Shown: in pieces, positions 29,621 to 43,772 of the stretch
Position numbering within the stretch: the first letter of the stretch is position 1
Layout: each line of letters starts with the position of its first letter
NCBI GenBank assembly: GCA_964016885.1
Contig: OZ024741.1
Coordinates: 291,276,001-291,340,000 of the forward strand
Direction of reading: 5' to 3'
Origin: Eledone cirrhosa
Taxonomy: Eukaryota
DNA length: 64,000 nucleotides
Notes under the pieces: model-generated
What the model was told of the DNA's origin: nothing
What the model saw: the letters and a program-made list of their open reading frames with translations, nothing else
The model's database searches: none
Made by a program: the position numbers and the translations under genes

Positions 29621-30732
29621 TATACATGCACATACACACATATATATATTGTGGAATTTGATCCGGTTCTTTACCTTCAGAAATAAAACCCTAACGAGCC
29701 AAACATTGCTTTACATAGTTCTAGTGTCGATAAATGAAGTATCAGTCAAGTATTGGCGTCTATTTATTAGTTTTCTCCTCTTCTGAAACAGTGTTAATGT
29801 TGTTTGGTCAAAGTCAGTCATCATCCATCAGATATTTGATAAAACGCTTTCCAGCCTTGATCATTCTATCTTTTGTATATCTAGGATTCCGATGTTCACT
29901 GCGCCATATATTAAGAAGAGGCGGGAATCGAGGCATATTTGGCTGTACAACTTATCTGGCCATACTCTCTTGAAAGATGGACTGGTTTACTATCCCCCTA
30001 TCCAGGTATATTGTTTAACGCATCAGTTTTAGTCAAGGGATCAATATGCGCTCCACAGACTTCTCTCTGTCTCTCTGTCTCTTTCTCTATCTCTTTCTTG
30101 CTAACACTCTCTCTCTCACCCTCGCCCCTCTCTCTCTCTCGCTGATATTCATATGTGCAGTACGAAGCAAAGAAAAAGTGCTTGATTATCAGATCAGACG
30201 AAGGAAACTATGTTTCTATTGGTCTTTGCAGTGCTAATATTATCAGCCCATCGCATATCCTCTCAGACGAAAGAGTGTGAAATAAATTATTTTGCCCATA
30301 ACACAATACGCCGCCTAGACACGAAATTAAATCAATGACTTTATTATAATCGTATGTCGAACACGCTAACCATTACACCACGCGCCTTTGCAATGTGTAG
30401 AACATATAAAACACTAAAATACTCATGTCAAACTATAGAAAGGTGGTCAATGCTATAAAAGAATGTATGGTATTCACTTCATACTGAACTCATTAAGTTC
30501 TTCGAGCGAGGAAGACAGGAGAAATAGAGACCAACAATAAAGACGGACGAAATTCATAAATTCCTACAATATTATAATGTGCATACATATACATACATAC
30601 ATACATACATACATACATGCATACATACATACATACATACATACTTTACATACATATGATATATGAATACATGCGTGCATACATAAGTACGTACACACAC
30701 ATACATACATTCACACACATATATATGTGTGA

Positions 30733-30778
<46 letters not shown>

Positions 30779-30782
<4 letters not shown>

Positions 30783-30961
30783 TTAATATAGATGAGATTC
30801 TACAGGACTAGAACTGTTTCATTCATTAGAAATCATCAGGAATTCTAATGAATGAAACAGTTCTAGTCCTGTAGAATCTCATCTATATTAAAACTGTTAT
30901 ACTCTGCTATGTATTGAGTACCTTACTTACTGTGGTTACCTCCGATTCAACCCGGAATAAC

Positions 30962-30963
<2 letters not shown>
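30779..30963. mobile_element. Penelope-like short module, family C
   Basis: Near-perfect ~50-bp fold-back (30780-30831 / 30843-30894) plus a tail with tattgagtacc; sits in (TA)n; shared with 43773 and 54234. Confidence 0.78.
30797..30843 (-). ncRNA. Type I hammerhead ribozyme motif
   Basis: Minus strand: AUUC-CUGAUGA-UUUC-UAAU-GAAU-GAAA-CAG-UUCUAGUC-CUG-UA-GAAU; predicted GUA cleavage site. Confidence 0.7.
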
Positions 30964-31049
<86 letters not shown>

Positions 31050-31269
31050 AGACAAGTTAGTACATACAGAAGGTGAAAGAACAAACGTCGTCAGTAATAG
31101 GAATGCAATTGTATATAATTTATTGGATGTTGAAATTTCACAAATCGTAACGACCAGAATTTTTTCTTTTAGTTTTTGTACATAAACACTCAGCCACATA
31201 TACGTATATATATTGGTAGATTCGGAGATAGATAGAACGACCAGCTCTACACTTTGGTAAGGCACAGAA

Positions 31270-31372
31270 CATAAATAGCTGTCGAAATGGCCGGAGCTCA
31301 GCCGTCGGGGTCCAGAATCTTTTCATATTACCCACTCTCTTACCCTAAGTATCGAGTACTCTGGTGCGTTAT
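31270..31372 (+). mobile_element. Penelope-like family B fragment
   Basis: atagctgtcgaaatggccggagctcagccgtcgggg...tatcgagtactctggtgcgtt, then (TA)n. Confidence 0.68.
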
Positions 31373-31422
31373 ATATATATATAATATATATGGAGTATAA
31401 TATACATTGATATTAAATATCA

Positions 31423-31488
<66 letters not shown>

Positions 31489-31599
31489 TTGGCTAAAATA
31501 ATACGGATGAATAAAAAAAAATATGGGCGACAGGAAAATGAGCGAATACAATTAGTAGTCCCATCTCATCAGTTGACCGCTAGAGATACGGTCTTTCGA

Positions 31600-31621
<22 letters not shown>

Positions 31622-31630
<9 letters not shown>

Positions 31631-31808
31631 CTACTTTTGGCACAAGGCCAGCAATTACTCAGTACATTACTGGTACTTTATTTTATCGACCCCCATAAGG
31701 ATGAAAGGCAAAGTTAACCTCGGAGGGATTTGAACTTAGACCGTAAAGGGACGTAACTATGCTAGAAAGCTTGGCGTCCAACCCTCTGCCGATACTGCCA
31801 ATTCACCA
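31622..31808 (-). mobile_element. Main tRNA-derived SINE
   Basis: Core sequence match. Confidence 0.85.
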
Positions 31809-33099
31809 ATATGTTTATGTCGTATTTGGCTGGCATTCTAAATGATATACATATCGTAGTTGTTGTTACTGCCTCTGATTTTGTTGCTACTGGTGGTGCT
31901 GCACTTGTTGATGTATATAATGTAGGGGCGATGAACTGGTGGGAAGACATGCCCCCCCCCTCCCCCATATTTATATTATTCTCCCCAAACTACCAAAACA
32001 CACATCTATTTGTATATACGCTACAATTTGTGTACATACTATGTTTATTGCATATCGAAGTTTGTTTATATCTTGTTGATATTACATAACAGCTAAACTA
32101 ATCACTACAACTAAATACCAAATTGGCCCTCCGCCCCACCCCGACTTCAATTCAGAAATGCTTCCACCGCCCCTGTACTGCACTTCTGGTTTTAGATAGG
32201 ATCCTTTACGCTCTGAGTTACAATCATATAAGGCGCTGCTATGTCATTCATCCTCCCATGGAGAGAATGACGAAATATACCCCGTTCCTTTCAATCACAC
32301 ACTACATTATACATTTAATTACCACTGAAACTGTTGTTGTTTTTTAGACCCAGTTTAGCTATGATCGAGTAGAGCTATTATCAACATAATTTCAGCTGTG
32401 TCTATCTGGTATTGTTTTCCTATTTGCAGAAATGCTATAATCACATTATCTAGAATGTACTTTTATTTAAGACGCTAAGTTGTGATTTGAGGAAGAAATG
32501 TTTACTGTTTCTAGCAGGTCGAGCTAACATGTAGACGGTCTATATACATCCACTTGCAATTGTTCAAGAAGACGGTTAACCGTGTTAATCGTACCATCGG
32601 TCCCGGGAGGTGAGGAGACTGTGAAGGCCACAGATACAGCCTTTGCTCCAGACCAAACTAATAATAATAAGAAGAAAAACCAAAAAAATGATATTGTAAA
32701 TAATGCGTGGCCTTGTGCCAATATGGAAAAATTAATTTGCCTATCTTAATTCATACAGAGAGAAAAATAGATAGAGGTAGGGGAGAGGGAAAAGAAGAGG
32801 AGAGAGAGGAAGTAGAAAGGGAAGAAAACGTAGAAGGCTAGAGATAGATTTAATAGCTAAACATGAAAGAGAAACGAATGAAGAAGAGGGAGGTTAGGAC
32901 TGGGAATTTAAAAAAAAAGAAAGAGAGTTAAATGAGAAATAGTTATCACATTTATACTGTGAGAACATTGTGGTAACAAATACTGTAATTGCTTGCTTAG
33001 GCGTCTCAACAATAATGATTCACACTGTTTAAAGCTAATTTTATATATGTATTGATGTATGAATGTATGTATGTGTATGTATATATATATACATATATG

Positions 33100-33178
<79 letters not shown>

Positions 33179-33187
33179 GTATATATA

Positions 33188-33749
33188 TTGACCCTGGAGT
33201 TCTGTGTCCTTCGTTTGTATTTATATATTTTTTTTAATGATCTTTCATGGTTTCCCCTGAAAAATTTGTTTCACTTTGCCTTGATTCGTTCGTTTTCTTG
33301 TCCTCTCTTGTTAATTTTCTTAACTTTATCAATACTAATTTGACATATGTGTTATCTCTTCTCCAGCCATTTATTGCAATGGCCTACATTTTTAACACGA
33401 TATCTTATATTCTTCTTCGTGGTTTTTTTTCTTCCATTTTTCCTTTCTTTTAAATTATGATTCTCGTGTTATAAGAACACCGCACTTTTGTCTGACATCA
33501 CATAACATTCTATGTCTACTTGTAGCTTAATTGCTATCAATTAATATTTTGTGTAACGTCTCTTATTCCACTAGAAAGCGTTTGACTCTTATCAAACGCT
33601 GTGGGCCAGCCGTTCCGTTGGTAGGCGTCGAAACTGCCAAAGTCCATCTCAACGGCCGATGACCCTGGAATTGTGTGTCATTCGTTCGCATTTTTAGTTT
33701 TTAAAAATAGTTTTTCATTTTTCCTTGTCCTCTTGTTGATTTTTTAAAG

Positions 33750-33750
<1 letters not shown>
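33188..33750. repeat. Unclassified repeat family G with a terminal direct repeat
   Basis: gaccctggag/attgtgtgtc..ttcgtt occurs at ~33190 and ~33661; related to 1633-1800; flanked by (TA)n. Confidence 0.5.
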
Positions 33751-33818
<68 letters not shown>

Positions 33819-33998
33819 GAAATTGATTGACATATATATATATATATATCTAAAATAAACATATGAAACAATCACAGGGAATAATGGGAATCTTGGAGCA
33901 TATTCTACAGTGGATATAGTGCATGTCTCTCTGACATGACACCCTTAATTTAATTTTGGATATATATATATATATATAGATATAGATATATATATGTA

Positions 33999-34516
33999 CA
34001 GTGGCGGACTATTCAGGTTGTCAGGTTGCCCAATGGCAAGTGGGCCACAGTAGCATTGCAGGTGCCCGCAGTAGCATTGCAGGGCCCATTGTAGTATTTT
34101 AGAGGCTTTGCTTTCAAAAAATACGTGAACTCTAACAGAAAGAATACATTTTTTTAAAAAATAAACAAAACAATTAAGCAAAGCATTTGGTCAACCAATT
34201 CCCCACGGAATGACTAGAAACCAAAATATACGTTAGTGAAAATAGCTGGAATAACCAGCGGTTAATATATATATATATTGAGTGTGAAAGACCAAAGGTC
34301 ATTATTGAAAGTCTCTGGATTTCGGAAAATACATATTTTTTTTTATTGAAGAAGGTAAGATTTTTTCCGCAAAAATGTGATTGCACTGCTTTGTTTCCAC
34401 TTATGTATTTTTTGAAAATGTTATTTATTCATTATAAAAATTAAATGATAGCATTCCATATGTAGGTGGGCCCCCTTTATAAGGCAACCAATATTTTTAG
34501 ATCCAGTCCGCCACTG
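33999..34516. mobile_element. hAT-like non-autonomous DNA transposon (MITE)
   Basis: TIRs CAGTGGCGGACT / AGTCCGCCACTG with subterminal GGGCCC motifs; no clean TSD. Confidence 0.72.
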
Positions 34517-34790
34517 TGTCTATATATATATATATATATATAATACCAATCATTGTAAGTTTGAATCTAACTGACATGCAAAAACATATATATAGGAATA
34601 AGGTAAACCCTAATCATAGTAGATTTTAATATCAGAGAGAGAGAAAGAGAGACAGAGAGAGAGAAAGATAGAAAGAGTAGGGGGAGAAATGAGGTGCAAC
34701 AGAAATGAAACATTGATTAGAGGTTAAAATATTGTCTAGATAGATGAGAAACAAAACGAGGATGTAGTGTCTGGAACACCCAAATAATTT

Positions 34791-35225
34791 AGAAGTCGAC
34801 CTTAAGTAGGAGCAATAACATTAAGAAAGACACGAACCATACCACAACACTTTGTTTTGAAAATTTGAAAGTAGATTTATATGTATGAATTTTGAGTAGA
34901 TTGTCGTACGTGCCTCGGTGGTCTAGCGGTTTCTACTAGAGATGGTGGAGATCCTGGTCTTGGGTTCAATCCTCTTCGAGAGGTACATGTAATCTTCTTC
35001 AGTTTCTATTTTACAACCAATAGAAAAAAACTGAAAAGGTTACCCGGATCGAACTTCCGACCAGGATCACGACCGTTTATGATTCCTCCAACGAGGCCAC
35101 TGAGACAGCTACAAAAGTATAATGAAAATTGATTATTGTAAACTTACTTTCAAAATCAAAGCTAAAAGATGTGGTGTCGTTCATGGCTTTCCTAGAGCTA
35201 TTAGTAATATTTAGCGTCGACTTCT
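34791..35225. other. Imperfect palindromic element with two convergent tRNA-like heads
   Basis: Ends agaagtcgac/gtcgacttct with matching inner arms; + head at 34912-34984 (TGGTCTAGCGG, GGTTCAATCC); - head at ~35040-35110 (AGTTCGATCC). Confidence 0.6.
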
Positions 35226-35448
35226 GGGCATTATAGAAAGTCTCTGAATTTCGCAAAATACATGATATTTTTTATTGGAGTAGATAATATATTTTTCCGC
35301 AAAAATTTGATTACACTGTTTTGTTTCCACTTATGTATTTTTTGAAAATGCTATTTATTCATTATAAAAATTAAATGATAGCAATCTATATGTAGGTGGG
35401 CCCCCTTCATCTCCTGGCAACCAATATTTTTAGACCCAGTCCGCCACC

Positions 35449-35449
<1 letters not shown>
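35226..35449. mobile_element. Right half of a second copy of the hAT-like MITE
   Basis: Matches 34300-34516 and ends cagtccgccaccg. Confidence 0.75.
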
Positions 35450-35492
<43 letters not shown>

Positions 35493-36559
35493 GGTTATGC
35501 ACGAGTGCATTAATGTTTTCCAGGACACAGTGTTATGTACCGTGTAGTGGAATGTCAGCTTACAACAGAGTGGTGCTCAACGAAATGCAGAAAAAAGGTG
35601 TATATTCCAGTTTAGCTATATTCCGGGGCGTGTATAGAGAATTAAAAAGAACAGAAAGATGCAGTAAAAGAGATTTATTCGGTTCTTACGTACGTTTCAA
35701 TAGACATCTCTGATGATATGGGATCGATTGTGCAGAAGGAGAAAGAGAGAAAGAGAAAGAGAGAAAGACAGAAAGAGAGAAGGAGTGAGAGAAGAAGATG
35801 ACATCTCTGAATTATATATTTTCTAAACAAATCTATTGTCATAAGCTAACCAAATTACGATCTTCATTCATCACAACTACAGCAATACGCGGAGGTGTAG
35901 GATTTGTTGATGAGATACGAATAAGACTGAAACATGCCTTGAATAGTCTCTCTGACTTAATCTAAAATATAGCGCTTAGCTAATATTGATTTTTCTTTCT
36001 AATTCCTCGTTGCATAATAGACTCTAATTATTAAATACATTAATGTTAACTTAAAATAGAAAAACAAACCTTGCTATTTTACAAATTATAAAACTTTAGT
36101 TTGTACTTAAAACTATTGCTGTTAAAACGCTTAGCAATGAGATGCCGGCTAACAACAGAAAAGCACATTCTATGCTTCAAAGAAACACACACACTCTCTC
36201 ACAAACACGCACATACACAAACACATACACACTCACACACTCTCTCTCTCACTCTCACTTTCTAGAGCATTTTCTCTTTTTCTACAGCTCTTTCGCTCTC
36301 TTTCAGTCCCAGCCTCTATCTCTTTCTAAAGCTCTTTCTCACTCCCTTTTTGCCTTCTTCTCTCTCTCTTTCTCTCCCCCTCCATCCTTTGCTCTCTTTC
36401 TCATTATCGTGCGTAAACGTACACAAAAATACAAACAAACACACACAGTCTATTTGTTATAAATTAACAGCCAGGAATTTTAATATAAACAATATAAAAG
36501 CATAATATCCGCCCGTGAAGTTCTTATTCCTTTTATATCGGTCTCAAATTTGTTTACAA

Positions 36560-36623
36560 TGACTATATATGTGTGTGTGTGTGTATGTATGTGTTTCAGT
36601 GTGTGTAAATATATATCTATATC

Positions 36624-36670
<47 letters not shown>

Positions 36671-36705
36671 ATGTCTTTCAGTGTGTGTAAATATATATCT
36701 ATATC

Positions 36706-36790
<85 letters not shown>

Positions 36791-36791
36791 A

Positions 36792-36847
<56 letters not shown>

Positions 36848-36926
36848 CATATATATATACACATATATATATACATATATATATATATATAGATATGTAT
36901 ATACATGTATATATATATATATATAT

Positions 36927-36996
<70 letters not shown>

Positions 36997-37142
36997 GTAT
37001 ATACATATATATACATATATATATATACATATGTATATAGATATATATACATATATATATACATACATATATATATATACATATATATATATAAATATAT
37101 ATACATATATACATATATATATACATATATATATACACACAC

Positions 37143-37207
<65 letters not shown>

Positions 37208-37362
37208 CATATATACATATATATATATACACATATATATATACATATATACATATATATATACATATATATATATGTATACTTATATATAAATACATAT
37301 ATATATATACATATATATATAGACATATATATATATATACATATATATATACATATATATAT
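36560..37362. repeat. ~800-bp (TA)n/(TACA)n microsatellite
   Basis: Visible directly. Confidence 0.9.
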
Positions 37363-37559
37363 TTTCTAAGTAGACAAGAGGCATGTAACTTCGAAGTTTC
37401 AGCTTAGTCGCTTCAATTGCCTGCGTTCGGTGGCCACCTTGGGAGTCTTATATAGCTTCATGTAGGAGGGTTAGATAATATTTGTTATACATAAACACAT
37501 ACCTACATACCTACCTATCTACCTACATACATACATACATACATACATACATACATACA

Positions 37560-37590
<31 letters not shown>

Positions 37591-37659
37591 GCACAGATTT
37601 GTACGAGTGACTCGAGAGATTTATTTATGATATATGTTACAGACGCTGGAAGTCGTTGA

Positions 37660-37812
37660 CTTCTTCTTCTACTTCGCCCACTTATTTCTGAGAGAGTCGT
37701 ACGACAGTGTCCTCAAAGCCTGCTTCCAGCAGCTCCTATCAGAAGCCACCGTCTTCAACTGATCCAGCTGGATCCCCAAGCGAAACCAGCCAAGCTCATG
37801 GATGTCATCTGA
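37660..37812 (-). mobile_element. RTE-clade LINE 3' end
   Basis: cttcgcccacttatttctg and caactgatccagctggatcccca...ccagccaagctcat are shared with 28575-28680; (GAA)n-like tail. Confidence 0.7.
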
Positions 37813-38138
37813 TGGATGTGAAAGATGCAAAGCCTCCTAAAAGCCCACTCATATCATTTAAAATAGGACACATTAAAATATTTAGTCTGGAGTACACTAC
37901 TCATAAAAGTACGATTCGATGAATAAGCATAGCGGCCATTTAATTCTAATTCTGCCCCGTCAGATCCAACCGGGAGAAAACTAAAGTAGAAAAAAAAAAC
38001 TATAACTATAACAAAATATATCGAACATCTATGAAGATATAACACAAACAAGTATCAAAAATTCATATACGTATGTGGGTGTCTTTCATGCACGTACACA
38101 CACACAAAATCACACAAACATACACGCTACGTGTGTGT

Positions 38139-38238
<100 letters not shown>

Positions 38239-38301
38239 CTGTATGTGTGTGTCTGTATGTGTGTGTGTGTACATATACATATATATACACACAGACACAC
38301 A

Positions 38302-38351
<50 letters not shown>

Positions 38352-39230
38352 CATGTATATATATGTGTGTGTGTATGCGCATGTGTGTGAGGGAGAGAGA
38401 AAGAGAGAGAGAGAGAGGGTAAGAGAGTGTGTGTGTGTGTGTCTGTGTCTGTGTTTATACATACATACATGCACACATATATGGTAAGACGAATTTAAAA
38501 TAAAGTTTTAAACGATACGGAATTACAGGATGTTGCAATTGTAAATGTTAAAATTTGAAGTTCAAAACAGATACCATTTCCTTCTCTTGTTTCTGTTGTT
38601 TGTCAAACGACCTAACATTGTTGTTTAGCCCCAGTTCAATTGAGCCTCTAAGTAGTTGTTTGACATGCTAAAGATAGCAGCCAAATATCTATGAAATTAT
38701 ACACCCTTTTATTTTCAAAAGTTACACACTGCATAATGTGCAGCGAGGTACACTAAAATCTAATGTTGTTACTATCGTTGACCTTTATTGGTTCCTCTTG
38801 TTTTGCACCTCTCTCTCTTTCTTTCTTTCCCCCCTCCCCTCTATCCCCCCTTTCTCTTCCCCCCTTCCCTCTCTTTATTTCTCTTTCTCCCCTTCTCTCT
38901 TTTTATTTCTGTTTCTAATTCATCAAATATATTCTATGTTTAAATTCACGCTGAAGTTCGGTGAGAAATTGTTTCTTATTTCATCCAGACTTTTCCTTAC
39001 GTTTTCAACGAATCCAATTTCCAGCTCACTCGCAATCGGCGTTTTTTTTATCCAGAAAGCAGAAATGGTTGTTGGTGGGCTTCGGATGTTCGTATCGTCT
39101 GTGTTTTCTTTGGTGGGATTCTAACCTCTCAAACCACTGGAAAGTCACGATAAACTGAGAGGTGTAATATCGTGTACAACATTTATGTATGGTTAGCTAC
39201 CTCTTTACTGAATACTAATGCTCACACACA

Positions 39231-39305
<75 letters not shown>

Positions 39306-39409
39306 CCTAACCCTAGCCCAAACTTTAGGACCCCTACCCTCGCACCCCTACCCTTCTGAAATTTATCGGGGGGTACATGTTTAACTAAAAACGAATAATT
39401 TCCAAAATT

Positions 39410-40030
39410 TTAAAAAGTCTATGCTGAGCGTCTGGTAAAGTGATGTAGGAATATTGTCGAGTCCAAGCTACCCGACGAACAGTGTGGTTTTTACCCCATA
39501 CGCAAGACATCGGACCAAATATTCACTGTAGCAAGTCTTTGAGAAATCGTAAAAGTATTGCCAAGAGGTAAATTCTTATTTCGCAGACCTCGAAAAGGAA
39601 TAAGTTGTGGAAGGTTCTGCGGATGTACAGGATGAATAGACAGCTTCTTGTTACGCTAGAGTCTCTATTCAAACGCCCTAGAGATTGTGTTCAGGTAAAT
39701 AGAGCGAAGTCAGAACAATTCAATGTGGGTGTCGGACTTCACCAATGGTGCATACTGTCACCTATCGTGTTCATAATCTTCATGACCAGCATTGCGGTGC
39801 GTAGCCGAATTAGAAATTTTGAGGCTAGCAAATGTAGGGGTCAGTGCAGATGATATGTTACTACTTAACTCGTCAGAAAGTGGTCTTTGACATGACTTGC
39901 ACTTGGTAGATTTGTTGCCGGGTGCTGTACGGCATGAATGTAAATCAGTGCTGCGAAGACTGTGATACTCGTCCTTTCAGGGAAGTAGTGCACTCTGCAT
40001 GTGAGCAAATCAACCTTCTCAAATGCAAGT
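39410..40030 (+). mobile_element. RTE-clade reverse transcriptase fragment (degraded)
   Basis: EQCGF...DQIFT...FADLEK...LWKVL...GVGLHQWCILSPIVFIIFM...ADDMLLL (RT motifs 3-5) with stops and frameshifts. Confidence 0.78.
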
Positions 40031-40074
40031 AGATGTTGCAAGTAGATGTTGTTACGGTATGTCGAATCTATTTA

Positions 40075-40198
40075 TCTATAAAACTGTTTATATTGTATTT
40101 TGTCTGAGGAAGGCATAGCATATTGTTAATATGTTATCCCTGAAATATATATAATGAAATAAATATGGTTTTATAAATATAGTTTCCATTTATTTAAT

Positions 40199-40204
<6 letters not shown>
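40075..40204 (+). mobile_element. Penelope-like family F module
   Basis: Reverse complement of 1902-2020; contains a hammerhead. Confidence 0.7.
40096..40161 (+). ncRNA. Type I hammerhead ribozyme motif
   Basis: UAUUUUGU-CUGAGGA-AGGcAUAGCAUAU-UGUUA-AUAUGUUAUcCCU-GAAA-UAUAUA-UA-AUGAAAUA; all three stems pair. Confidence 0.75.
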
Positions 40205-40232
<28 letters not shown>

Positions 40233-40265
40233 TAGAGAGAGAGAGAGGGAAAGTCACGTTATATA

Positions 40266-40445
40266 TAACGAAGGAAATGTGGTAAGGAACTAGATGGACC
40301 ATAACGCACCAAAGTACCCAATACTTAGGGTAGTAGAGTGGGAAATAAGAAAAAGTATGACACCGACGGCGGAGCTCAAGCCGTTCCGACGTCCAGAAAT
40401 AGCCGTCGAAACGGCTTGAGCTCTGCCGTCGGGGTCATACCTTTT

Positions 40446-40448
<3 letters not shown>
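40266..40448. mobile_element. Penelope-like short module, family B
   Basis: Tail plus a ccgacggcggagctcaagccgtt/aaacggcttgagctctgccgtcgg fold-back, in (TA)n. Confidence 0.75.
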
Positions 40449-40496
<48 letters not shown>

Positions 40497-40669
40497 ATGT
40501 GTGAGTGTATAAATGCCGTCTCCTGATATCAGTCACTTGTTGATTGATACATCACCTTTGGGTACAGAAATGGCAGTCTGATCAACGTTGAAAAGTATGA
40601 TCCGAAGTGATTCCTTGAAATTCCTTCCCTAACCATACCTAATATAAATCAAACTATATAATCGATAAC

Positions 40670-41297
40670 GGGGGCGGAGGATTAGCAAACTCGTTAAAAT
40701 TATGATGTACTGCTTTGCGGTATTCGTTACGGCTCTCTGTGATCTGATTTCAAATTCCGCCGAAGTCAACATTGCTTTTCATGCTTTCAAGATAGATAAA
40801 AAAAACAACATATTAGTGCAGTACTAGGTAAAATTCTTTCTCTATATCTCCACCTCACTTCCTCTCTATAAACTCTCTATAAACACTTCCTCTCTATCTG
40901 TCTGTCTTCCTCTCTCCCTTACTCCACCTCTCTCTTTCTCTCTGGAAGAAATCGGATGTGTTCAACCCTGGAGAGGGCTGGGCACTGCCAGGATTAAAAT
41001 GCCCCCAAACACGCCGTATTTCAGAACGGCACCCTACGACTCCACCATGAGTTACGTGTCAATTTTGCCTTACATCCATTCGAGGTCGATACAAAAGTAC
41101 CAGTCATGTACTGAGGTCGATTCTTCCTCTATATCCCTTTCTCACATCCTTTTTCTCACGCTCTCTATCTTTCTCAGGAAGAAATCTACTGTATTCAGAC
41201 CTGGAGAGGAGATGAGCTACGCCAGGTTTAAAAAATACCATAGAAACGCCGTATTAAGATAGGGTGTACTTACGACTGACTCCTTTCGGAGTTACAC
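40670..41297 (+). mobile_element. Two tandem long-tailed tRNA-derived SINE copies
   Basis: Head with gatttcaaattccgccgaagtcaac, CT-rich spacer and extension; repeated from ~41058. Confidence 0.65.
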
Positions 41298-41893
41298 AAC
41301 CAAACATGCATTCAATAGATAACATAAATTGAGATTTTCATAGATGCAACCACCTAACACAGTTTAATGTGTCCCACTTTTGTTGGTAAACATGTAAGAT
41401 ACGTTGCTGATGATGTTATTTTTACAGTTGTTGTTCTGCTGCAACTGCTGCTGCTGCTGCTGCTGTTGCTATTGTTGCTGTTATTATTTTGTTCTTGTTC
41501 TGCTGTTATTCTTTTTATTTTTGTTGTTGCTGATACAGCTACTGATGTTGCTGTTGTTGTCATCGTCATCGTCTTCCCCATCCTGATTTAGCCCCAGCTC
41601 TGCCTTGTCTGACTAAACTTACCAACATACGAATTGCAGCCAGACTCATCACACAATTCGTGCACATTATAATAAAAAAAATGAATTATCCAACGGGTGT
41701 TTCTCTTCTGAAGGTGATATAATGTATTCCGTGAAGATATTTGGTTGCTATTTCTAGTAACTCAAACGACCACCTATCGGTTGCCTCGGTGGCGCACGAA
41801 AAACAATTAATTCTTTCTGCATAGAAAGTACTTGAGTGTGAATGTGGCTTCAGAACAATGAGAACATACTGAAAGAAAATCAGTGTGAACGAT

Positions 41894-41929
<36 letters not shown>

Positions 41930-42471
41930 CTTATAAAGAATGCTTGTGTATGTATGTGTGTGTATTTAGGAGAGGGTGTGCGTATGTATGTGAATGAGTG
42001 TATGTGTGATGGCAGAAGAATTCGGGTGTGATCGTTATGCGGAACCATCAATTACAATGAGTTCGTATGTGGACACTTCATTTGTAAGATGATTATATGA
42101 GGGCACGACGCCAACGAGAGTGCTTCCACATGGACGCTCGACCTAATAGAAATAGCAACCACATCTACCCAAAATGACACCACAGAATCTGAAAAAAGAC
42201 ATGATGAGTAAAGTTTTCCATGTTTCCCTACACATAGGAAGGTGATGGAATGATCCTGACTGGAATGTCTTTCATCAGAGTCCTACATGGGTGGATTTGA
42301 ATTTAGTGATAAACAACACCAACAATATTCCGCATTATATAGCTACAGTAATAAAGAGAAGCATAGATAGACAGGCATATATATATATATATATATATTG
42401 TAAAAAGTTTATGTCTGGTGGCTGAGTTCTTGCGGTTTCGACAGCGAATGGATACATAATGGCTCCCAATT

Positions 42472-42580
<109 letters not shown>

Positions 42581-42721
42581 GAAGGTATCTATAGTATATT
42601 TGGCAATATACTATATGTTTAATTAAAAACATTTAGAAGACCATTTTCTCTGAGTTTTAAAGTAGTGATTATGTCACTTACTTATCCTCGGCAAAAACAT
42701 CGCTATTTCAGAGCACCAACA

Positions 42722-42806
<85 letters not shown>

Positions 42807-42934
42807 AGAATATAAAAAATAAAAACGAACACAGACATATACATATATGTGTTCAGATCGTAAGGGACCTGATTCACTAAGGTGAAAAGAATACTAACTA
42901 TAGACAATAGAATTCTTAACTCAATATATACCTT

Positions 42935-42974
<40 letters not shown>

Positions 42975-42982
42975 TATATATT

Positions 42983-43047
<65 letters not shown>

Positions 43048-43050
<3 letters not shown>

Positions 43051-43218
43051 ATAATGATAAATGTGAAGACTAAAATCCAAAGAGGGCTCGATAAGGATAA
43101 ATATATATCAGATATATAAGAACTGTAGAGTAAATGTTTTTTTTTTTACTTTCAGAAGATCCCGTTAAGGGTGAAAGCAGCGATTATTTGTTTAAACTTT
43201 AATCTGTTATTTTAATAA
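43048..43218. mobile_element. Penelope-like short module, family E
   Basis: Sits in (TA)n; gagggctcgata motif; cagaagatcccgttaagggtgaaa (degenerate hammerhead core); reverse complement at 54625-54765. Confidence 0.62.
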
Positions 43219-43261
<43 letters not shown>

Positions 43262-43291
43262 GAGAGAGAGAGAGGGGGAGGGAGAGAGACG

Positions 43292-43339
<48 letters not shown>

Positions 43340-43469
43340 AAGAGAAGTAGAGAGAGAAATACCAGGTAGACAGCTGCTATTACATACATACATATATACA
43401 TGTATCAGAAACATAAATGCATAGGGTTACGATGTCTACGATAGACTACGATGATATTTGTCAAATTAT

Positions 43470-43735
43470 GTGGTCAACGCAACAGCCTACATGTGGTTGA
43501 GTATTCCACAAACACCTGCACTGTAATTCTCAAGGAGATTCACCGTAACACAAAGTGTGACAAGGTACAGGTACAGTTTTACCAACGGGCTTCGTAAAAC
43601 CTTCTATCTACCAAATTTCACTCAGAAAGGATGGATCAACTCATGAGTATAGTAAATAGCACTTATTAAAGATACCTAAAAATCGAATACCGGACATAAT
43701 GACTACGAAACTATCGTAGACCTTCGGCCATGCTG
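43470..43735 (-). mobile_element. Old SINE-like repeat (third family, degraded)
   Basis: ttctatctaccaaatttcactcag...tatagtaaatagcactt...aatcgaa segment resembling a SINE body and B-box. Confidence 0.4.
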
Positions 43736-43772
43736 CGTTCATATTTACATTCATATATATATATATACATAT

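Noticed and set aside
34912-34984. Functional tRNA gene
   Set aside because: A/B boxes are present but the anticodon arm does not pair convincingly; treated as a tRNA-like head in a repeat.
35490-35720. Possible extra hammerhead (gaaacgtacgta on minus, ctgatga on plus)
   Set aside because: The two core halves lie on opposite strands and do not assemble into one ribozyme; at most a scrambled PLE remnant.
39305-39330. Telomere-like cctaaccctagccc
   Set aside because: Only about two degenerate units; not an interstitial telomeric array.
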